Positions 13,007-27,350 of a stretch of 33,972 nucleotides of DNA are shown here, one piece after another. The stretch is taken from positions 2,989,974-3,023,945 of the forward strand of contig NW_003526945.1 in the NCBI RefSeq assembly GCF_000181795.1, given 5' to 3'. The position numbers and the translations under genes are program-made. Source of the stretch: Trichinella spiralis (taxonomy: Eukaryota). The notes beneath the pieces are model-generated. The model did not search any database. It was not told where the DNA came from and saw nothing but the letters and a program-made list of their open reading frames with translations. Numbering within the stretch: position 1 is the first letter of the stretch; each line of letters opens with the position of its first letter.

Positions 13007-13026
13007 CTCGGCAGATGCGACGACAT
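13007..13026 (-). CDS. Candidate alternative first coding exon of the galectin (MSSHLP-S)
   Basis: aaATGTCGTCGCATCTGCCGAG|GTAATA. Phase 2, joins the 6168 exon in frame to give MSSHLPSIQSEDEEEEEAK-MVPY. Confidence 0.4.
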
Positions 13027-15363
13027 TTCAGAGACACTGATGTTCAGAAGACTGATTGATCAGTAATAAATGAAATGAAACGAAAAAAATGAAACTTTTC
13101 CAATCAATGCAGTCAGCTTCTCAATGCACCGTTATAATAATATGCATTGAAATTTTTAACGAGACTTATTCTGTCAGAACATTGAACATAAGTGTTCCGT
13201 AGAAAAATAATTGAAATACAATATTGCGTGTAACTTTTTCTTGGTGCTTTCTTCCAAATGTCTACTTCTGACGGCGACATTGCCGTTCAACTTATCCTAT
13301 ATAAAGCAACCAAGGTTTTTTTTATTCATTCACAATGTATGTATTGAAAACTTGCACTGCATGTTATATTAGAATGATTTTAAGGAAACTTTCCAAGTTA
13401 AAAAATTCAACTCTTGTCCCTCAAAAAAAGACGCTTCATTTTGTGTGTGTGCGCGTGTGTGGCAAATTACCCATAAAATGGGTAATGGCACTAGCTTGCT
13501 TGCGCTCACTGCATGAAAAATGAAAAATTAATCTTGGTACAATTTCTTCTCAACTTGCAACATTCGGACGAACAATATCAACTTAAGCTTCAAACTTGAC
13601 TTTACACAGTTTAATAAAAATTCAAGAGAAAATTATAGAATAATCACTCGTTCTTGATCATACAGCCAAAATTGCCATATATCTATACAAAGACAATGTG
13701 TGAAAAAAGCAGCAAAATATTTTTCTTCGTGTGAATCATGTCAATTTCCAGAAGTGGGCAATTTGCACCGATTACGAAGATGAAACAATAAATCTTCCAG
13801 CTCAACCCAAATTCAAAACCGCTGTTTAAAATTGAATTTCACTTCCAAAAATTTGTAACTAGTCCTTTCTCAACAATTCTTATCTGCGCGACAGTGCAAT
13901 TAAATCAAAGTCTACAAAATCGATCATCTGAAAACTGTTCCAGCTCAGTTACACACTTTTGTAACAATATGCAGCAGCTGAATAATAATGCAATCAATGA
14001 AAGAAGTGAGATATTCCACGAAAATATACACCTGGATTTTGTGAAAAGTAATAATAAAAATAACGTTTTAAAATAATATTTCGTTCAAATTGACTATTCT
14101 ATTTATAATAATAAATTGAAAACGCAAAAATTATTAAAAAATATATTATAAGAAATATGTTTATCGATTGCGGTGCTATAAAAAGAAATATTAATTCCAC
14201 AATTGATTTGTCAAATGGTTGAATTACGTGCAACTTTAGCTGCTTGTAAAGCTAACTACATACATACATACATACATACAATCAATAAATTATCACATAA
14301 ATAACAATGATCAAAAGCTTGAAATGGCATTTGATTTTTTGATAATATTTCTAAACGAAAACTGCTTGCAATCAAGCACACGAGAAATAGTGAATAGATG
14401 AAATTTCAAATTATGCCACCAAAATTAACGAACGCAGTTCATCAACATGCAAAGCTGATTGAAAATGGAATTTAAAACCGTAATAACCAAAAATAATGAA
14501 AAAGAAACAGAAAATATAAGTTTGACTGATTTTTCCCTGCTCCTATATTTCCCTGCCTCTGCTTTCTGTAGATCTATTTTTGCTTCAGTTTCGGCATGCA
14601 ATTTTGAAGAAACAAGAAAACAAGAAAAAAAGTTGTCATTTACCTCTTCCATCTACACTTGCTTCACTTGTTCGCTGCAGTTATGAAGGGTATATTGCTA
14701 TCATTTAGCATAATTTCAAGTACTGCTTTTTGAAGGAAAAATGGAGCGTCAAATTGAAAACCGGTAGAACAAAAAGGTAAAGATAATCACAGGTGTGGTT
14801 CATTTTCTGAAAAATATTTAAAACGATTTCATCAGCAAGAAAATTGCTAAATGCATAGGAAATCCTGCGAGCGTCAAAATTTCATTCCAACTATTGCACA
14901 GTTATTAAAATCATTTATTTCCAACTGGAATCAGCAATATAATAATAAGCAAAAATCAAGAACAATATCAACAGCGTGACTACCGCAATCAAGCTCATAG
15001 CTTTTCGAATAACAACATAATTCCATAATACCAGAAATGTCGAATTGACCTCTTCACCTCAAAACCATCTTAGTTGGCCTAGAGCAGAAAAGAAGTAATT
15101 AATTATAACCACAAAATTCAATATACATTCAGGTTTAACCAAATTATCCCTTCCAATCTCAATAATTTAAGAAATTCAAGTGCTGTTAGGTCATAATAAG
15201 TAAAACATAATTTAAAAAAATATATATAAACATACTTTTAAAAATAAATCATGTGCTTTGTTAAACAAAATATATGCACTGGTTTTGAAATGTCAAAAAT
15301 GCTTTCTTGCTCAATTTAAACTTACCGTTTACAGAATCCTAACTGCAAGAAAAATGTCGTGCC

Positions 15364-18300
15364 TCAAAAAGCAGAAAATTCATCATCATCATTATCATCA
15401 ACATCGCCGTCGTCGTCATCATTATCCTAAACAACAAAAAGATATATAATCTGAAAATAGAATAATTTCAGAGAAAAACTTCAGCTACACTTTTCCATAT
15501 CAACATCAAAATCTCGACAAAAATAACATTAAGATGCATTAATTTTTCAATACCAAAATTTTTTTACAAAAAATAACAATAAAAACGTACACTCTGTTGA
15601 TTCAGTTCCGCACTGCTTAAATCCAAATTCTCCATGTCTAAATTCACTTCACTTGTCGGTACTGGAACCTGCAAATCTTCAACGCCACCACCTGACTGTT
15701 CTACTGTAGAAGCGTGCATCAAAACATCTGGACCTCCGACAGACGGGACAAGATCGGGTTGTCGATGTGAACTCTGTGCCACATCTGGTGCCTTTAAATT
15801 ATCAATATCAACTGAACATACACATAGGATATTGAAAAATGAACAAACAATAAACAACTACGACAACACAAATTACAAATGTATACTATACACGTATGCA
15901 TCAAAGTTACTGTACAGTTGAAATCTCACCTTTTCACCATCTTTCTCAGCTTTCAAAGCACTGATCGCTTTCATTGGAGAAAATTCGGTACCTGAATAAG
16001 TTCCACATGTTTCAACAAGCAAAAAAACACTGTAAAAATGTTACATGTTTTTTCGGTTGATGCACCTTCTTGCGCAGATTGCAATGGTGCTGTAATATTA
16101 ACGTTCTGCAAGGTTTCGGTAATTTTCTGCACATCGGCTAAACACACCCGAAAATTTAAATGCGTAGGAATAAATAAACAAGAAATAGGATTAGAAGAAG
16201 CAAAAAAAATGCTCCATGCCACCTTCATTTTCATTCGATTTCGTTATTCCATTTTTGCCACTTGAATACTTCGAATCCTTGGCCAACGCCACCATATTTT
16301 CAAGGGTGCAATTTGTCTACAATAATAATGAAGATGATGACAACAGGCAAGTGAAGCACGAAGGGCTTGGCTACCGATAGCAGTGGAAAACACGCTGCAT
16401 CCAATGCTGTTGACGAGAAAATCTCTTCGTACAGCTTGTCACACTGCAAAGCATCTGCATAATGGGGAAATAAATTTGGATAACCATCCGGATCAGCCAG
16501 ACTCTCGGCGAGTTTCGGATGCTTGTCCACAATTTTCGCTTTCCACAGTCCGACCACACTAAACCAAATATTACACTTTCGTGTAAAAGCAAAATCGACA
16601 AATATGCACGTATGATTACCGACTAATTTCAGTGGGCATATATGTTCGAGCAAAAAAAGCAGCTTCTGGCAGCCGACCAGTTGTGATCAAAATTTCCAAA
16701 CATTCTTTACGACTATAGAAAATTTAATATTAAAACAAAGCAAAACAAAACAACATCAACAATGGGAAAATCTCACAGAACTGCACGCAGAAGTGGAAAA
16801 TATTAACTCACTTTCCAAGCAACAGATGAGCCATGAAAGCAATGTTGTACAGTTTGGATTGCATTGATTCGTTGGCAACACGCTGCATAACGTCCGCATC
16901 GCCAAGCGAAGATGCCAGCAAAAGCTGGCCCGAGTAATCTTTGTCTTGACACATACACTTCAACGCCAGCTGAAAATTACCTTCAGCCAATGCAACTTGG
17001 TTCAACTGTCGCCATTTGTCGTCGTCCTGTTAATTATTGGCAAGAAGATTACGGTCTATTTGAAATTTTATGAAAATATCTAACAAAAAGATAACCGACT
17101 TCGCTTGCCAAAGCTATATCGTAGGCGACATTCAAATTGTTCACTTTCAAAGCCAACTCGAAACGATGATCAGGATCTTGAGACACAGCCAAAGCTTGTT
17201 TCAAGAAACCCTGAAATATGCGAACAGTAAATAAATAAAAATGCTCAAATAACCGCGTGAAGCCACTGCGTTCAAGAACCTGTCGTTCAAGAAATTTCGC
17301 TACACGAGTCAAATGCTCTTTTGGAATATTTTGCAACAGCTGATCAGCCAATTCGAAGTCATGACGCATCACCGCTGTTTGATATTCCAATACGGATAAT
17401 ACAAGCTGATAACTAACCACATTCAAATCTTTGTCGCTCAGAAAAAGACGATTCTCTTGTGGCAAATATCCCAATATATATAATCCTCTAAAATAAAATG
17501 AAACAAATATATACATATATGTATTTGCGTAAAAATATAAGATAAATAGTCTGCAATTCAATTTATAATTGACCAAAATGAACAAACACAACGGACTGTG
17601 CAACATTGAAAAATATCATATACACATATGTATGTATCCTTAATTAATGATTATAGTAAATATTTCCAAAAAATTTCAATTCCATCAACATTTTTCACAA
17701 CAGAAAAAAATTCCTACCTATCTAAATGTGCAATAGTAACTGTTTCACTTCCAACGCAGTATCGTAAGCGATTGTTGATCGTAGTGTAAACCAAGCAATC
17801 GCCTACCCAATAAGCAGTGCTTATTTCCTCCGTCCCTGTATGTATAACCTTGAACATAAAACAAAGATAAAAAGCAAACTGTCAATCTGAAATTAAACAC
17901 ACTTACATCAAAAGCATCTTCAACACCATCCGGTGATGGAGTTTCACTTTCTGACAACTGTGAGATCACTTCTGCTTCGTTGAATTGTAAAATGTAAAAT
18001 TCAGAAGCGGTTGTTATAGCCAACAATTCTTTCTCGGACCAATAGACCTTAAAATAGATTGCTTTCACATCACGCCACTGTTTATTACGACCAAATTTCC
18101 ATAGTTCACTTGATGAGCTTTGATGTCAATTCGTCGGATCACATGAATCGTTTCCCAGTCGTAGAAAATCAGTTGTCCCCCACAACGAATTCCCAACAAT
18201 GTCCCTCCAAAAATGCCTTCAAAAAATACAATTATTCATATACAATCAAAAAACAAATTAAATAACATTTACAGTCGATTGAAGCTTCAGCGTAGACTGT

Positions 18301-20978
18301 TTTGTATCTGGTAAAGTTTTTGTGAATCTCCACAAGGATACTGCTGCTAACATCACGTACAGCATACATGTTCGACTCTTTGGCCCAAACGAATTCAACA
18401 GCCGCACCATAACTTTTATTACGCAACGCCATAGCCGTATAGATCACATATTCGCTTTCTCCACGAACCACAACAAATCTGAAATTGACATCTCAGCAAC
18501 AACAATAATAATAAAATAATGGAAAATACCGAATACACATTATTTTTAAAAAACAAACTCTTAATAATTCATTTTTATTATTCACCTGCCATTCGGACTA
18601 TGCTGAATTGAGCGTGGATAAAATTCAATAGCGCCCATATCTTTCGCTGACAATGACAAACGTGCTCCGTCAGGGTATTCTGCTTCGTTACAAACTGCCT
18701 TCAAATTTGCCTGCTGAATTTCAGCATGTTTTGCCCAAAGAAGCTTGCCATTCGCATCCATACTGACCGCTGGTTCCTCGCGTCCAAGCTGAATAAGAGA
18801 AAGAAATAAATTCAAAATACAGAAGACAAAAAATCAACAAATAAGAATTTTTGTATGGATTATTTATATGTGGTACGTAAGAATACGCATTTATTTATTT
18901 ACTTACTTTGACAATGATGCTGCCTTCGTCGTAGCCAATCGCTACAACATTTTGTCCTTTCAACGCACATATGGTCCATACTCGATCAAGACCGTAATTC
19001 AACGTTGTCTCCATGCGATATGTGCTTCCATGCCATATTCGTACAGTGTCTACAAAATAGTTCAACAATGAAGTGAAATGTAATACATATACAAATATAT
19101 ATGTGCATATATTCCAATCAATGTACTGTCTTCAGAGCCGGTAATAATGACAGGCAAATCTGGATGGAAACAAACTGAAGAAACATTTTGCACATGGCCT
19201 TCCAACGTGGCAACGCAGGTTTTATTCTAAATTATCAAAGTAAAAAACAAATGAATAATGCAAGAAAACTCCATTACCTGGTAGTCCCAAATTTTGACCA
19301 GTCGATCGTCGGCTCCGGATATTAGGTAAGGTCTGTCGCCACCGTGATAATAATCAATACAGTTGACTCCTTTCTCGTGCCCTTCAAGGGTGAAATTTGG
19401 ATGCGACGAGCCGAGTTGCCATATCTAAAAAGAGTAGAATATAGATTCAAAAAAGAACTACATAAAAATAGAAACAACAATTCAAGCTGTACCTTCACAG
19501 TACGGTCAAGTGATGCTGATGCAAAGGTGTTATTATCTTTGGGATTGAAAAGCACCTGCATGACGTAATGCGTGTGCCCTTCGAACGTCTGCTTCAATTG
19601 CCAATTGCTTTCCCAATCCCATAACTTTATCGTCATGTCGTCTATAAAAATTGAGCAAATTATTCAATAATAAATAAATAAACGGAAAAAGTAAAAACTG
19701 AAAGCAATAAAAATATACCGCTGCTGGTCAACACTAATGGCTGTGTAGCGTGGACAGCAATTGAACGCAAATAATCAGAATGCGCTTCGAACTGATGAAC
19801 ACGTTCCAAAGTGTTGTAATTGAACACACGTACTTGCATGTCATCCTAGAGACAATTAACGACAAAAAATCGCACAGAAACAAACAGAAAAATAAAATAA
19901 ATCTAAAAGCACTCACTGAACCTGTCAGAACCCAACTTTTCCGAGGTACAAATTTGGCCGATCGAACAGGCAAATCGCACACTTCAAACGATTTAAGAAG
20001 AGTCTTAAAAAACAAAACAACCCTACCAATTATTCAACAACAAATAAATTTTAAAAATATGCAAATATCACTTTTTCATCTTTAAATCATTCAATGCTCA
20101 AATTCGTCCTGTGGAATTTCAAATTTAAAAATTATCACAGTTCACTAATGTGCAACTAACTATTCATTCATACTTTTAAAACAGAAATATATTTTAAAAA
20201 TTTCTTAATTAAAATTATAAAATAAAATAAAATAATCTTTAAAAATAAATTCAATGCACAACAGTACAAATACTTTTGTCTAACTGAAACTGAAACGCTA
20301 CTGTACAAATAACTGTTCTGCACAAGTGGAAATGACGCCGAAGTTCAAAATAATATTCTCTAAAAGAGGCTTTGAATCAATTTGAAGAACTTGTAAAGAA
20401 GCTGTTTTCCATTCAAATTGTCGAATGAATTTATCATATTTAAGAAACGGTTCATCTATCACCGTACTATGATAGAAAGAAATGATCACAAGCGTTCATT
20501 ACAAGTGAAAACAGTGCATTCGCATTAGAAAAAACTTTTAGAAAAAACGTTAAACTACTCATAATTTCAAAAACTCAACTTCATAAAATAACAGCCTTTA
20601 AAATGAAGCTTTAAACAGAGTAAAATGACAATATTCACTAAATGGCGAAATAATAGAGAAAAAACGCTCTACCTGTGTTTCGTAATTCCAGGCGTGAACG
20701 TTTCCATTGTATAAACTGCAAAGCATCCATGGCTCAGTCGGATGAAGATCCACACATTTCACGCGATCTGATCGAGCCAACAGCTTGCGCTTGACATCCA
20801 GTCGTAGAGGCTAAAAATGAAAATAATGAAACAATAAATCGCAACAATCAAACGATGCCATTTAAACAAGCGACAATGAAAAACCTCTTCACAATATAAA
20901 AATGCACAAAACTTACACATAACTCCTTAAAAAATTACATTAGTAGATAAAAAATAATTAATTTTCACTCCTTACCAT
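15364..20978 (-). CDS. copb-2: Coatomer subunit beta' (beta'-COP), multi-exon
   Basis: ATG-only first coding exon (20978-20976, donor GTAAG), then [28 protein letters not shown] (20810-20673). WD40 segments include [19 protein letters not shown] and [31 protein letters not shown]. Also [35 protein letters not shown] and [15 protein letters not shown]. Probable last exon 15426-15364 ([20 protein letters not shown]). Confidence 0.96.
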
Positions 20979-21231
20979 ATTTATTCAGTTTCAACGTTGA
21001 ACACTTTCAACTTGCTAACGTCAGCAAAGAAACAGTCAACTACAGTATACAATTATACGTAATGCAAGTATAATTTTATTTTTGTAAGGTATAAAAATTA
21101 ATTTGCTTAACAAAATTGCATAATTTTGGAATGCTAAACTCATTACGTTTAATATCAAAATAAATTTAAATTACGCGTAAATGACTTTTTAACGTCCATA
21201 TTTTACATTACAGCATCATACTTCATTACAG

Positions 21232-21263
<32 letters not shown>

Positions 21264-21286
21264 ACACACACACACACACATACACA

Positions 21287-21368
<82 letters not shown>
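21232..21368. repeat. Long (CA)n microsatellite of about 137 bp between the mannosidase and beta'-COP genes
   Basis: Near-pure CA run with three interruptions. Confidence 0.97.
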
Positions 21369-21373
<5 letters not shown>

Positions 21374-21572
21374 ATTTGTTTATTAATTAAGGATAAATTT
21401 ACTTATCCATCAGTTTGCAATACAAAATTAGAAAAACGCACTTTATTTCACAGATTTCGAAAAAAAGAATAACAACAAGTTAACAATTTATTGAACAAAC
21501 TGTGCTGCGAAACGATCATCGGAACAGATGTGAACTTATTGTTCAGATCATTCTACTAATAAAATTCGCTTT

Positions 21573-24500
21573 TCACTTTGCTGGCGGACGACCAGTTACA
21601 AGTGGCGACTTGTGTTCAGCTGCATCCTGAGCCGACTTCCATTCAATTTTGTAAGTTTTAATTTCCATCGGTTCAACGTAAAGCGGCTCATCAGGCAATT
21701 TTGTGTCGTTCAATTGATAAAGCGCTGTTAAGGACATTTCTTTCACTGCTTTAACATTCGTACCAAAAATATCCACAGCTGTCGGCTAAGTAAATTATAC
21801 CAAACTAATGCGAAATATAAGCCTACAATACAAATTCCCCTACCACATCGTTATCTTTCAAGGAACACACAACTGATGGTGGTTGAGTTGAAAAGCAGCT
21901 ATTTTCCAAACGCAATAATATCAATAATGTTTCATTTAAAAATGATTCAACTTCGGCTTTCGAATCAAACGCACCTTTGCTCTCAACACTACGCATGTTA
22001 ATCAAATGAAAATCGCAAGGGAACGGCTTTAGTAAAGCTTGATAATGACTTCGGAGTTCTGAAATATAGCAAAAGCGATTGTTAAAAATAGAAAAAAATC
22101 CAAATGAAATAAAACATTGAAAAAGTAAATGACACTGAGTAAAATTATTCTTCTTGATGATAACTTACCTTCAACGAAATCATTGGCCGTGTATAGCACA
22201 AAAACTGGGTAGATCAACAGTAAGGACTGATGATGAGCAGGTAAAGTCAAATAATTTATCGTGGGCAAGTTCTGAAAAGTCTATTTCAAACAGTATCAGA
22301 TTAGTTATGAAAAAAAATAATAACCTTGCCAATTGTGTAAGCATCGCCGTCCAACGATTCCAGCATAAGGCGAAAATCACTGGTAACAATTACATTATCC
22401 AACATTGGCTGTGCAACACCGCGTGAATCATCAACGTGAGTTCGACGGTCGAGGAAAACTTCAATCCAACCTATATTCAAACATTCGATTGGTCAAAAAA
22501 GTGAATTTCGCATTAATATTAAGAAAAAAAGAAATTTTCTGAAAACCCGATTTTATAGAAGTAACACCGTTCGCTTGGGCACTGAGCAGTGTTAATCGAT
22601 GTGCGCTGTCTTCGATAAACGCCGCAGTGGTCATGGGATAAAAGTTACCTTGCAATGGAATCTTTGAAAAATATTTTCGTTTTATCATCTAAATTAAAAA
22701 AGCAACTAATAAAACTTATTTTTTTTAATTATATTTTCGACTTTATTCTTCAAACAATCAACCATTCACCACAGCCACTAAACTTGTCGTTCAATGAAAT
22801 GAAATATGCAATGCAATTAATTGAAAAAAAAGAACAAAAAATGCTCATTACTTGCAAACCATTGAGGTCGGTGTAAAATGAATGATCGGAATTGTGGATG
22901 TCCGCTTTCAAGCGCATGACAATTTCAAAATCCTCAATCTCAGTTGTGATGTCGACCGTATTGCGAATGTGCAAGCTTTCTGCTCCTGGAACTGAAATTC
23001 ATGTGTAAAAAAACCATGTAACGTTTCGCATGCTGCGCATCACCTTCCAATTTGACGACCGTAAATTGGTGTAATACATTCTTTAAATTTGAATAAACCG
23101 TCGCAAACATGTCGCCTTCCAAAAGTAGAACATTGTCGACATTGTTCAAAGGCTTCGATAAAAATTTATGCAATTTTACTTCGCCATTAAACAGAATAAA
23201 AATAGACCAACAATTACCTCAGCTTCACCCTTCGGCAAGAACAAATAAGCACCACCAGCTGTGTAAGATTGGCTTTTGGATTTGTATACAAAAAATTCAA
23301 GTTGCAAGTTCATTTTATTATCCTTGTTCGTGTGCTTCAACTCCTTCAATAAATAAATAAATTAATTAATTAAATAAAGAATAATTGAATTTCAGTTCAT
23401 GTGATAAAGTTTCATGTGCCTACTTTGAGAAGACCGGTAGAAGTGGAAAACGTGGCAACATAAACCGGACTGACAATGTTAAATTGCTCCTCAGAAAGGA
23501 CATTTCTTGGAAAAGTACTAAATAATGACAGTAAGACAAAACATCTGCTTGTTTGAACCAAGAATACCAACCAACCTCGAATGGACAACCTCCCTTTGAC
23601 TTATTGTCACCATTTCACCATCCAAAGGATCATCGCCAGACACTAGACGGTAACGAATAATGCTCAGTGATTCCATTGTAGCTGTCCAGCAAACCTGAAA
23701 TTATTGCATGTTTAATTCCACTTTTCCCATTTGAACAGAAAAATAACAGAAATGGAAGTAAAAATTCGCTTCACCTGATAAGTTGTCACTGAAATTATGA
23801 ATCCAACACTGGTTTTGGTGATCACCGGACTGATTTGAATTTTTAGTCTGTTATTAGCCGCGTCATACAGTGCAATTTTATAAGTATCCACATTTATACA
23901 AACTATTTCCGACCGAATGTACGGTAATGAGTTGTACACCAAAATTGACCTTCAAACAAACACCGCTAGCAGTTGTACAAATCGTTTAACAAAAAAGCTG
24001 AACAAACAAAACCTCTCCTTCTCATCCAGTACGTTGATGACAACATTTTCTGATGTATGAGAAGCGTCCATTATTCTTTCACTCTTAAAAATTTACTTTA
24101 ATACATCTTACACTGTCCACTTTAATAAACCGACATACGAAGTCTAATTTAATACTATCAGCATCTAGTAGAGATGTGGATGCTTTCCTCATGAAGTACA
24201 AAATCGCCGTAGCCATCGTAGCTTTGCTCAATTCAATCGACGACCACAGCCTACAAAAAAAAACAAGTACCAAAAGGAAAACAAATAATATTCACACAAT
24301 TAGTTAATAATCGCTGCACACCGCTTCGCGTAATCCATCACTACTGGAGTTTTAGCGGTTCCGGCGATGCCGTCGTGATGCTGGAACAAAGCCAAATTTC
24401 TCCGTGCAATGACCAAATTATTGAACAGCCGCTGCGATGGAAACTGACGCTCAAGTGCTTTGCTTCGAACATCACTCACCGCCAAATTGAACATAATCTC

Positions 24501-27350
24501 GGCACCGCTGCAAAAAGCCACATCAGCAAACTCATAACGTCAGCACAAAAAAAGCCGGGAAGAAAATTTTCTTTGCAAAAACAACTCTGCAGCTTATGCG
24601 TAGAATCGGAATGCTTCAACGTCAACCTTATAGATATTTCAAATAATTTTCTTTACCGTAAGAAAGAGGCCAAAATGCGTTCCATTCGCTTGTACAAAGG
24701 TCGAGACGTGTAATAGCCCGACCAATAATCTTCATTTCTATCAGCGTAAGTAAAGAAATCGCCAGACAACGTTGGAAACGTTTCTCCTCCGACGTCTGCA
24801 CGTTTAAACAACGCCCTGTAATAATCTTCCAACGTTCCAAATTGCACCTGTCAAAATCATTACAACATGTATATTTAAATGTCATTAAAAAAAGATTTTT
24901 TCTTCCATATTCAATTTTCTATTCAAAAAGTAATATTATTAAAATAATTTGTGCCTCGACATTCCAATCTTGTCTGTTCATGTAATCAAACAACTTTTCG
25001 TAATTGTTGTACTGTTGCTGCCATTCCATTGAAGTTGTGTAACGGAAATCGTCTCCCAAAGGTACAAGTAATACATTCAACTTGTAAAGCTCGGCATGTT
25101 TGCGATACTGATCCAACAGTGCAAAAGCTCTAAAAGAACAATCATCATGGACAATTACGAATTGATAATCATTTGAGAAAATGATAATTAATCACGCTGC
25201 AGGTGTACCTTTCGCCAATGTTTTCCATATCAATCGGCAACGCAGGAATACCCCAAGGACACGGAAGAGATCCAACCTGTGAACGGTGGAAATCAAATTG
25301 ACAACAAACCGCTGGATCCGGACCGCAAGTATGAGGTATGTCGTAAGAATAAAATGGAAATACATGACAAAAAATATCCGACGAGGAATCCCGTTCTGAA
25401 ATCAAATATAGTCAAACAACTTCAGTTAAAACAATAAACAGCTCGCACTCCACAATTGACGCCAGTAAAACTCAAGATTCTTGTTCAGCGCAAGGTGCTT
25501 TTTCACTGCATAATGGATTCTTTGTACAGACATAGTCTTTAAACCCGATAAGCCCACAAAATAAGCTGTCGTTGCACTTAATCCAAACGGATCGATAGAC
25601 CAGTGATTTTTCGGTTTGTAATCTTTAAAATGTGGGAAATGAAACAAATGATAATGCTGCCATAAGTGACAGAGAACATGAAAACAAACCCAAATGATTC
25701 AACAACCACTGATGACCTTCGGTCATCTGGTCAATCATAGAAAAGTAGTGGGCATTAGCCTCGTCAGTCATCACCCATGCTCCAGTGACAATTTCCAATT
25801 GTCCAATATCCAGCAATCTTAACATTTCAAACATCAAGACTATCCACACATTACTCACTGAGTAAAGTTAAATGAAAACCTTTTTGTCAACATCCGCTTG
25901 GCTGTGTCCACTTCACGCCACCATTTCTCGAAAAATGACATTTCCGCATAAATGAATTTCATCTGAGACTTCTGAGAAAGCTTTTCTATCATATTTTCAA
26001 AAATATGCTTTGTACTTTCCGAATAATATTCATCGAACGTTTTGATCCATCCTGTATTAAATAAAATAAAAACCAAATAAAACAAAATCCATAATGAACA
26101 AACTTTACCGGGATCAGTGTGTGAATGAGGTACAACAAATACTTGTAAATGTGGTCGTTCCTTCACCTCATTTTTGTCGTAAGTTATCTCCCATCCTTGT
26201 TTCCAATGGCCTCCATCTGGATTGTCAAATTCCAAAGTTTCATACACGCTTAACATCTGAAATTACAATAAGCCTGTTTACACGCTGAACAACAAATTGA
26301 AAATCATTACACACCTGAACATTTACAGTAGTGTTTAGCAATCCTGCATTGCATTTTCGATACGTTTGCTTGCGCCTGATTGGAATAACAATATTATTTC
26401 AATTAAAAATACAAAATATAAAAAATTTCATATACATATGAATGAAATGTATGAAATATGCAAATATAACGAACCAGCAAACATATAATTGGAAAACATT
26501 ATCAATAAATAATAATGAATTGTATTAACAAAAGATCAAACTTTTTTCTCATTTTTAAAAACTTCTCCTTGAAGTTAAAAGTTTCAAAAAAAATTACCAA
26601 TAAAATTACATCCAACACTATCATACGTAAAAGTAATGCAACGCCAAAAATCATATACATACTCTTTTTTTTTAACTGCAGACAAAGTAGAGGCTGGCGG
26701 TCTATTGCGGACGCGACTCAAGCGATAATATAAACTTCGTTGTATCTGTCCCAAAATTTCTTCATTTCGATTCGCCTCGGATTCCAATTTAATCAGCTTA
26801 GTTTCCAGGCGCTTTAAATCGTACTGAAATTGATCTTTGTGAATAAATCAAACACCATTCACGCCTATCTCAAAATTAACCTCCCCGAAATATCGCAGCT
26901 TCTGACTGCTTGGTGTAACGGAATCCATTATGTTGTACAAAGCAACTGAAGAGATGAAAAATACCACTACTATAATAGCAAGACCAAATTTCCAAGCACT
27001 TGCAACCGAACGTCTGAAAATTCTAAAATCACAGTATATGAGCTTATTAAAAATGAATAAACCACTAAGTTTATTTCGAATGCCTACGATCAAGAACGTC
27101 AACAATAATATGCAATCAAACTATAAATTATTATTCTTAATCGAAAATTCCTGTCATTGTAATGTTAAGTATAACTTAAAATATATTAATATCAATGGGA
27201 AATCAAATTTTAAATCATTTTAATTAAGAGAAGCTAGAAACAAAATAAACACGAATGCTAATAAATAAACAGCGAGCATAAATGCTACAAATAGTACAAA
27301 TTTATGCATACGATTGCAACCTATATGAAACTTCGAAAAAGATACCTCAT
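21573..27350 (-). CDS. aman-2: Golgi alpha-mannosidase II (GH38, MAN2A/aman-2 type), multi-exon type II membrane protein
   Basis: ATG AG|GTATCT (27350-27346) splices to 27013, giving [28 protein letters not shown] (signal anchor). GH38 motifs: [15 protein letters not shown] (Zn), WSIDPFG (nucleophile), [31 protein letters not shown] (acid/base), [54 protein letters not shown]. Confidence 0.95.

Noticed and set aside
15258..15449. Plus-strand ORF with a His/Arg run
   Set aside because: Antisense to the Asp-rich last exon of beta'-COP.
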